From: Planctomycetota bacterium
Lineage (GTDB): Bacteria; Planctomycetota; UBA8108; SXIK01
DNA length: 64,000 nt
Assembly: GCA_965223265.1 (NCBI GenBank)
Contig: OZ244999.1
Span: forward strand, 8,160,001 to 8,224,000
Direction of reading: 5' to 3'
Part shown: positions 57,815 to 64,000 of the stretch, in pieces
Layout: every line of letters starts with the position of its first letter
Position numbering within the stretch: position 1 is the first letter of the stretch
Program-made: the position numbers and the translations under genes
The notes under the pieces: generated by a model
Seen by the model: only the letters and a program-made list of their open reading frames with translations
Told to the model about the DNA's origin: nothing
Database searches by the model: none

Positions 57815-60658
57815 GTGCTGCGAATTCATGGCGGCGCGACACCTTTTCCGCCGGAATCCCGACGGGCGGAGCCGGAGGGGACGTGCAAAGCCGGTCAGGG
57901 GGCTTGGATGTTGTCACCTCACTTGCGCCTGTGTTCCGTGGCACGGCCGAAGAATAGCTGGATTGCTCGCGATGCGATGTGCTGCGACGCATCGTGCGCA
58001 CGGCGATCGCGTGCTGGGCTGCGACAAACCGGACGCTGTTTTCGTGCTGCCGCGGTCGTGTTGGTGGCGGGGATGACGGCGTCGCTCGCCGTGGATTGCC
58101 CCGACGGTCGGGACGTCTCAGCCCTGGCGGCGCTGGCGAGTGGGGATGCCGATTGCAACGGCAACGGCATCCCCGACGCGTGCGACATCACACCGGTGGT
58201 GACGTTTGATGATGACCCGGTCGAGCCGCTCGGGTTTGAACCATCGTGGCTCGAGGCGGCCGACTTCGACGCTGACGGCGACGTCGACTACGCCGCGGTG
58301 GACGCCGCGAGTGCGCGGCTTGTGGTGCTGAAGATGAAGGATGGCGCTGTCGCCGATCGCACGAGCTTGGCCGTCGCGCGGCGCACTTCGCAGGCGCGCA
58401 TCGGAGACGTCAACGGTGATGGACACCTCGACATCGTCGTAGGCGGTGGACAGTTCTTTGTCGATGGATCGACGAATTCTTTCTCGGTGTTCTTTGGCGA
58501 TGGCGGGGGCGGCTTTGCAGCGACGACACGGCTGTTCAGCGAGAATTCCGGTGTTGTCGCGTTCGAGCTTGCTGACGTCGACGCCGACGGTCGCGACGAC
58601 CTCATCTTCTCGGGCTTTCGGGTGCGTGAGGTCGGAATCTCGCGCGGCCGCGCCGACGACTTGTTCGCGCCGATCCAAAACGTGGAGACGTCAACGACCG
58701 CGAGAGCGATTGCGCCGGCGGACTTTGACGCGGACGGCCACGTCGACATCGCGCTCGCCGTGCTGTCGCGCAATGTGCCGGGCGAAGACGCTGCGGCGAT
58801 CGAGATTCTCTGGGGGAGTACGGAAGGCACGTTCGAGAGCAGCGAGGTGCTACTCGAAGCGCGGAACGTCCTCGACATCGCTGCTGGAGACGTGGACGGC
58901 GACGGCCGCATCGACCTTGTCGCCGACACCGACGTCGACCGCTTCTATGCGCTCAAGGTGGTAAAGAACAACGGCGCGCGGCAGTTTCGCTTGGCGGAGT
59001 CCCGGTTCCACACGATCAAAGCTCTGCGTCTCGAGGCCCTGCAGCTGCAGCCGCGAGGAAAGTTGGACGTGCTGATGATGACGATGGATCGCCAACTGGG
59101 ACATTATACGTTCGACGACGCTGGTCAGCTCGTCGAGCGGGCCACGGTGGGAGCCGCGCGAGTTTATGGCGCTGCCGCGTTCGCCGACGTCGACGGTGAC
59201 GGCGACGATGATCTCGCCTTCACGCACGCGGGGGGACTGTCACATTTCCGCAACCTGAACGGTCGGCTCCGCGCCCGGCAGCAGGACTACTTCTACGGCA
59301 ATCGCGCCCTTCCCGGACCTATCGTCACGGGTGATTTTGACGGCGACGGTCACGTTGACTTTGCGACGTCACAGAACGGCGGCGATTCCGTCGAGTTCTA
59401 CTGGAACGACGGCACCGGGGTGTTCGACCGCACGGCCGTGCGGGTGGGGCGAAACCCTTTCTCACTTTCTGGAGCCGATTTCGACGGCGATGGGCGTGTC
59501 GATCTCGCGTGCGAGGTGAGCCCTGAACCTGAGCACCGACCGTATGAAACTATCGTGGTCATCACAATCGGTCCTGGCCGTTTGCCGACTGTCACCGAAG
59601 TATTTGCCGCGCCAACTCGCCAAGCGCTTCTCGATCTAGCAACAGGCGATTTCAACGGCGACAATTTACCTGACCTAGCACTGACCGCGGTCGGTGATCC
59701 GAATATCAGGATTCTGTCGAACGAGGGCTCTCTTCGCTTCGCTGTATCCTTCGAAGACGCGACACCCCACACGCCCGCTCACATCTCCACTGAAGATTTT
59801 GATGGCGATGGTAATCCGGATTGCATAGTCCTCGGACGCGCGCGGAGCGAGCTACTAGTCTACAAGAACGTCGGCGGGAGTTTTGACGCGCGTGAAGAGA
59901 TTCGTTTCGAGCCTGAGATGCAGGCTTCTCGATTCGATTTCAGGGATCTTACGGGGGACGGTGTTCGGGAGGTGTCGTTTTCAAATGGGACCCCGGGACG
60001 CCTGTGGATGTTCCGACAGTCGGCTTCCGGTCACATATTGACTCAGGAGTTGGCGGGTTTTTCCGTGGCCTCGTCGGCACCGGTCGCCGCGCTTCAGGGG
60101 TTTGGTGCCGATCTCTTCGTGGCAACTTTTCAAGGCCTATATGTTCTGGTCAACGAAGGATCTGCCCGTTTCTCACGTCGAGTACCGCTGTCGAACGAAA
60201 ACTCTTGGTTCGTGGAAAGCGAAGACTTCAACGGCGATCGGGTACCGGATCTTGTATTCGCGGCACTCGCGGGAGTAGACAGCGCTTACGTTCGTCTACT
60301 GAAGGATGTCGATCTTAGTTTGGTGAGCCGGGACACGGATGGGAATGGTATTCCTGACGAGTGCCAAAGCGACCTAGAGCTCTTCGTGCGCGGTGACGTC
60401 AACGCGAACCTAGAGATTGAGTTTGTCGACGCGATGCAACTCCTCGATCACCTTTTTGACGGACGCCCGGCGGTACCGTGCCGCGGTGCCGCTGACGCCA
60501 ACGACGATGGCCGGATCAACCTTAGCGATGGTGTTCTACTCTTGACGCACCTCTTTCGAGGTGGCGTTCTGCGTCCACCGCACGGCTCCTGCGGTTTCGA
60601 CCCGACCGCGGATGGGAGCGCGCTTGGCTGCGACTTCCCAGGGTGCGCGCCGGAGTGA
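57815..60658 (+). CDS. Secreted FG-GAP/VCBS-repeat protein with C-terminal dockerin-like domain
   Basis: About 12 DxDxDGxxD repeats; DCNGNGIPDAC and DTDGNGIPDEC flank the repeat array; C-terminal FVRGDVN...DANDDGRINLSD...CGFDP...LGC. True start likely downstream (57908 or later). Confidence 0.88.
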   Translation: MLRIHGGATPFPPESRRAEPEGTCKAGQGAWMLSPHLRLCSVARPKNSWIARDAMCCDASCARRSRAGLRQTGRCFRAAAVVLVAGMTASLAVDCPDGRDVSALAALASGDADCNGNGIPDACDITPVVTFDDDPVEPLGFEPSWLEAADFDADGDVDYAAVDAASARLVVLKMKDGAVADRTSLAVARRTSQARIGDVNGDGHLDIVVGGGQFFVDGSTNSFSVFFGDGGGGFAATTRLFSENSGVVAFELADVDADGRDDLIFSGFRVREVGISRGRADDLFAPIQNVETSTTARAIAPADFDADGHVDIALAVLSRNVPGEDAAAIEILWGSTEGTFESSEVLLEARNVLDIAAGDVDGDGRIDLVADTDVDRFYALKVVKNNGARQFRLAESRFHTIKALRLEALQLQPRGKLDVLMMTMDRQLGHYTFDDAGQLVERATVGAARVYGAAAFADVDGDGDDDLAFTHAGGLSHFRNLNGRLRARQQDYFYGNRALPGPIVTGDFDGDGHVDFATSQNGGDSVEFYWNDGTGVFDRTAVRVGRNPFSLSGADFDGDGRVDLACEVSPEPEHRPYETIVVITIGPGRLPTVTEVFAAPTRQALLDLATGDFNGDNLPDLALTAVGDPNIRILSNEGSLRFAVSFEDATPHTPAHISTEDFDGDGNPDCIVLGRARSELLVYKNVGGSFDAREEIRFEPEMQASRFDFRDLTGDGVREVSFSNGTPGRLWMFRQSASGHILTQELAGFSVASSAPVAALQGFGADLFVATFQGLYVLVNEGSARFSRRVPLSNENSWFVESEDFNGDRVPDLVFAALAGVDSAYVRLLKDVDLSLVSRDTDGNGIPDECQSDLELFVRGDVNANLEIEFVDAMQLLDHLFDGRPAVPCRGAADANDDGRINLSDGVLLLTHLFRGGVLRPPHGSCGFDPTADGSALGCDFPGCAPE

Positions 60659-60697
60659 GGTTGCGCGGTCTTCGGGGTTGTTTCGTTTGGGTTCTGA

Positions 60698-63049
60698 TCA
60701 CTGCGGGCACACGAAGTCGACGCATCCGAGGTTCCCCGGCTCCTCCGGCGCCTCCGGATCGAGACCGCAGTCCGGGAACGGCGCGGGTGGCGGGAAACCA
60801 GCGACGAAGAGGAAGTTGAGAAGGGCTATGCCATCGCTGATGTCGAGGTCGCCGCTGTCGTTGACGTCCAAGGCATTGAGGCACTCGCGGCCGAACTGTC
60901 GCGAAACGAAGAGGTAGCTGAAGATCTGGATGGCGTCGCTGACGTCGATGCCGCGATCGAGGTTGGTGTCGCCGCGGATGAACGGCGCGTCGAGAAAAAG
61001 CTTGCCGCGGAAGGCGGCGAAGATCTCCGGCGTCCGCGGTGTGCCGTTGAGGAGCAGGTTGTCGCCGCCGAGCTCGACGAGGTCGTCAGTGAGGAAGAAC
61101 TTGAGCGCGAAGACGAACTTGTCCTCGAAGCCGAAGAGTTCCTGGCGCTCGGAGTGCTTGTAGGCGACGAGGTGGTAAAGCAGGCCGGCGGCTTCATCGG
61201 GCTCGGCGATGCCGAGCTGCGTCGGACGACGGCGGAAGTGCTCGTGGAGGCGCCAGAAGACGTCGCCGACCGACTCGCGTCCGCGGCCTGGATCCGACGC
61301 CGTCTCGTTCAAGCAGAATCCCCACGCCTGCGGACGATCTGGAGCCTCGAAGCCGATTTGACACGAGTCATTGGTCAGTGCGGCCAGACTGTCGGCGATT
61401 CCCTCCTCTATGCCTTCGGGGTCGGCTCGCTGCGTTCTCATCAGGTCGAAGATGAGATAGTGGCCGAATTCGTGCATGAAACGCGTGGGCACAGCATCGA
61501 AAGTTCCTGGGGTGCGGAGAAAACCCTGATGTAAAGGGCCCGAAACCGCCGTTAGGATTTTGCTGCAGTGTTCTCCCGCGCCCACGGCTGAGAAGCCGTC
61601 GACCGTCTGGTTTGGCTGGACCGAGACACAATGAAAAGGATCCGTGTCTCCAACGGGGTGAATCTGAAAGCGAGCACTCGCCGTACGAGAAAACGTAAGC
61701 ATACGCATCGCAGCGTGATACGTCTGAAGCCACCAGTGTCGCAGCGGGCCCTGTATTTCGTCGCCTTGGTGCTGTGGATACTCGAAAAGGACTGAACTAG
61801 ACGTCGGCCCAGCAATCACTTCACGATCGGGAACACCGTCTTTGTCGACGTCGTCCGCCGTGTCAAGATTCCGAATTCCAAATTCGTCCGGGACCCAAGG
61901 CTGTACCTTCACCACCGGCCGGTAGTCCCGCCCACTCCCATCGGCGCGTTCGACGAAGACTCCGTGTTCGAGTGACGCGGTGATGATCTCCGGTGTTTCC
62001 TCGGTTTCGATAGTGAACGTGCCGTCGCGTGCCGTGGTTGTGAGTTCGTTGCCGTCCCCATCTCGCAGTACGACGCCGTCGAGCGGGCTCAGGACTGTCG
62101 TCAGGGTCTGCGGTGTGGAGTAGATGTCGTCGCGCGCGGGCGACCGTCCCTGCACTTGACCGTTCGCCTCGAAGAACTTGACCGTCCGCACGCGCGCGTA
62201 GAGCTCGCCGTCGATGGCGCTGACGAAGTGTTCGGCGTTGCCGTCGTCCGCTTCGGTCGTCGCCACGCACCAGATGGGCTCAGCGCTCTCGAGCGTGCCA
62301 CCCGGGAATCCGAGCTGAAGCTCGCTGGAGTGGACTGCCGCTGCGGTCAAACGAGCCGTTGCTTCAGCTTGCTCGCGGCCGATCTCGGACGTGACCTCGG
62401 GCGGCCGACGCAGCAGATACGCCTCCAGCCAGTAGAGGCGGCCGTCTGGTAGGATGACGACGCGCAGGTGAGCGCCGCGCACCGGCAGTCCGCTCGATGT
62501 CGTCTGGCGGAACACTGCAATGCGATTGGCACCAATGCGAAAGAGGTACGGCGCTTCGAGGTTCTCCGAGCCGCAGCCAAAGAAGTCTCGGTTATCGTCG
62601 ACAAAGACCTCGAGCGCTTGCACGAGCTCGACGCGCGCCTCGTCCGACGGCCAGGCGTCGGCGTCGAACGGAGGCGCAATCGTCACCTCGCCGAGCGGGT
62701 AGACCAGCCGCGGCGTGCGGAGATCTTCGTCCCAGACCACTTGCCACTCTCGACCGTGGCGCGACCAGAACGCCTCGACCGGCGCGGGCCCACTTTGAGC
62801 CTGCCGATACACACGACGCACAGTGCCAAGCGGCAGGTGATAACTCGGGCCATTGAGCGTCAGCTCGACGCTCGACGTCGTCTCGCCCGGGGCTGCCAGT
62901 GCCGCCGCACACGGTATCGCGACGAGTCCAAGGATGGTCAGGCTGACGCCGTGGACGTCGATGCGCGCCGTGGACGTCGATCGCGTCTGTCGAGCCAAGC
63001 CTGATGTGAAAAAAAAGTCGACAGCTCTTCTCCAAGACCAGCGCAGCAT
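60698..63049 (-). CDS. Secreted gluzincin (M4/M36-like) metalloprotease with propeptide and dockerin-like domain
   Basis: Signal-like segment; FTP/PepSY-like propeptide (FRQTTSSGLPVRGA, HFVSAIDGEL); HEFGH with downstream EEGIAD; C-terminal FIRGDTN...DVNDSGDLDISD...CGLDP...LGC. Confidence 0.8.
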   Translation of the reverse strand: MLRWSWRRAVDFFFTSGLARQTRSTSTARIDVHGVSLTILGLVAIPCAAALAAPGETTSSVELTLNGPSYHLPLGTVRRVYRQAQSGPAPVEAFWSRHGREWQVVWDEDLRTPRLVYPLGEVTIAPPFDADAWPSDEARVELVQALEVFVDDNRDFFGCGSENLEAPYLFRIGANRIAVFRQTTSSGLPVRGAHLRVVILPDGRLYWLEAYLLRRPPEVTSEIGREQAEATARLTAAAVHSSELQLGFPGGTLESAEPIWCVATTEADDGNAEHFVSAIDGELYARVRTVKFFEANGQVQGRSPARDDIYSTPQTLTTVLSPLDGVVLRDGDGNELTTTARDGTFTIETEETPEIITASLEHGVFVERADGSGRDYRPVVKVQPWVPDEFGIRNLDTADDVDKDGVPDREVIAGPTSSSVLFEYPQHQGDEIQGPLRHWWLQTYHAAMRMLTFSRTASARFQIHPVGDTDPFHCVSVQPNQTVDGFSAVGAGEHCSKILTAVSGPLHQGFLRTPGTFDAVPTRFMHEFGHYLIFDLMRTQRADPEGIEEGIADSLAALTNDSCQIGFEAPDRPQAWGFCLNETASDPGRGRESVGDVFWRLHEHFRRRPTQLGIAEPDEAAGLLYHLVAYKHSERQELFGFEDKFVFALKFFLTDDLVELGGDNLLLNGTPRTPEIFAAFRGKLFLDAPFIRGDTNLDRGIDVSDAIQIFSYLFVSRQFGRECLNALDVNDSGDLDISDGIALLNFLFVAGFPPPAPFPDCGLDPEAPEEPGNLGCVDFVCPQ

Positions 63050-63322
63050 CGCGATGTCCCCCCGTCGATTGTGCGTTCGCTTGAGTCGCGCGTCGCAGCG
63101 CGTCGCTGGCGCGTCAAAATTAAACCGTACGACAAATCATGATAACAATCAATATTTGTCTTGTGCTGCGCTGCGGCCGCTTTGGCGCCGCTCGGAGCCC
63201 GTGCCGTCCACTCGCCTCTCGATGATGGGCTCGAGGAGGTCCGGGCGCTGCCAGGTGAGCAAAAGCATTTGGTGTCGGCTTCGCGATCACCTCATCGGCG
63301 GTTTCGAAGCACGAGTGCGGAC

Positions 63323-64000
63323 CTACAGAGGTCGCCCTCCTCTGCGCGTCCGCATCGACAAGAGCAGGCTGCCGCACGTGACATAGAGCGTGCGCCGATC
63401 TTCACCACCGAACGTGCAATTGGTGATCGTGTCCTCAGGTGTCTCGCGAAACGCCACGCGTTGACCCTTCGGCGAGATGACATGGATCCCGGGTTTCGTC
63501 TTCAGCGTCTCACTCGTGCCGCGCGTCTTGTGAAGGCCCGCCGCGACGTAGAGGTTGCCGTCGCGATCGATACACATGCCGTCGCCACTGCGCCCAGGAT
63601 AGAAGTTGAAGACGATGCGACCGTTCTCCAGGGTGCCGTCCTGCCTCACGTCGTAAGCGCGGAGATCCCGGTGGTGGTCGGCGTCCGGGTGCGCCTCGAT
63701 AAGGTAGAGAATCTTCTCATCAGGCGACAGCACGATCCCGTTTGGCATGTGAACCCGCGGCCACGCGAGCACCTGCGTCACCTCACCACCCGGGTCGATG
63801 CGGTACACGGCGTTGACGTTTCCTTTGGTCGGGTCCTGAACGCCTGGACGTGACGTGAAGTAGATGCGCCCCTTCCGGTCAAGACAGAGATCATTCGGCG
63901 CGGCGAAGGGAAAGCCATTGTACTTCGACGCGACAACCGTGACCTCTCCGGTCTTCATGTCGGTGCGGGTGACGCGGCCGGCACCGCCCTCGCACGCGAG
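63323..64000 (-). CDS. SMP-30/gluconolactonase/LRE family protein (partial, 5' end outside window)
   Basis: Frame open to the right edge (LACEGGAGRVTRTD); PNDL, PNGIVLSPDE, DGMCIDRDGNLYVA, TNCTFGG. Confidence 0.92.
   Translation of the reverse strand, partial: LACEGGAGRVTRTDMKTGEVTVVASKYNGFPFAAPNDLCLDRKGRIYFTSRPGVQDPTKGNVNAVYRIDPGGEVTQVLAWPRVHMPNGIVLSPDEKILYLIEAHPDADHHRDLRAYDVRQDGTLENGRIVFNFYPGRSGDGMCIDRDGNLYVAAGLHKTRGTSETLKTKPGIHVISPKGQRVAFRETPEDTITNCTFGGEDRRTLYVTCGSLLLSMRTRRGGRPL

Noticed and set aside
1-64000. tRNA/rRNA genes, prophage, integrase, transposase or anti-phage defence genes
   Set aside because: None recognised in the ORFs or in the intergenic sequence read by eye.

Overview
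High-GC (roughly 65% by eye) bacterial chromosomal segment, very probably from a Planctomycetota genome. It carries two PSCyt1/DUF1549/DUF1553 + DUF1501 gene pairs, a planctomycete-type Ser/Thr kinase-TPR protein and secreted proteins with dockerin-like C-termini. Left to right: a partial SAM methyltransferase missed by the ORF track; an RND efflux operon (MFP-AcrB-TolC); the kinase; a PSD1+DUF1501 pair; an unusual repeat/palindrome-rich intergenic region at about 15.0-15.4 kb; an extracellular EEP nuclease; an 11-kb surface-glycosylation locus (methyltransferase, epimerase, flippase-like protein, GT-C, PHP-like hydrolase, GT4, GlpD-like FAD oxidoreductase, and a tandem GT2 pair in which one copy has lost its catalytic motifs); an S4 protein; a lipoprotein + giant DUF748/AsmA-like pair; a di-heme cytochrome c divergent from an ECF29-like sigma factor; a second PSD1+DUF1501 pair; HAD, DJ-1, MoaD/ThiS and BNR-propeller genes; a 10-gene Mrp Na+/H+ antiporter operon (EFG-B'B-C-D-D-x-D); a DUF389 protein; an FG-GAP protein and a gluzincin protease that share a dockerin-like tail; and a partial SMP-30/gluconolactonase. 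Two diverged copies of a 160-170 bp long-hairpin element lie at 29.0 and 56.2 kb. I saw no rRNA, tRNA, transposase or true CRISPR array. All family calls come from motif recognition by eye, not database searches.
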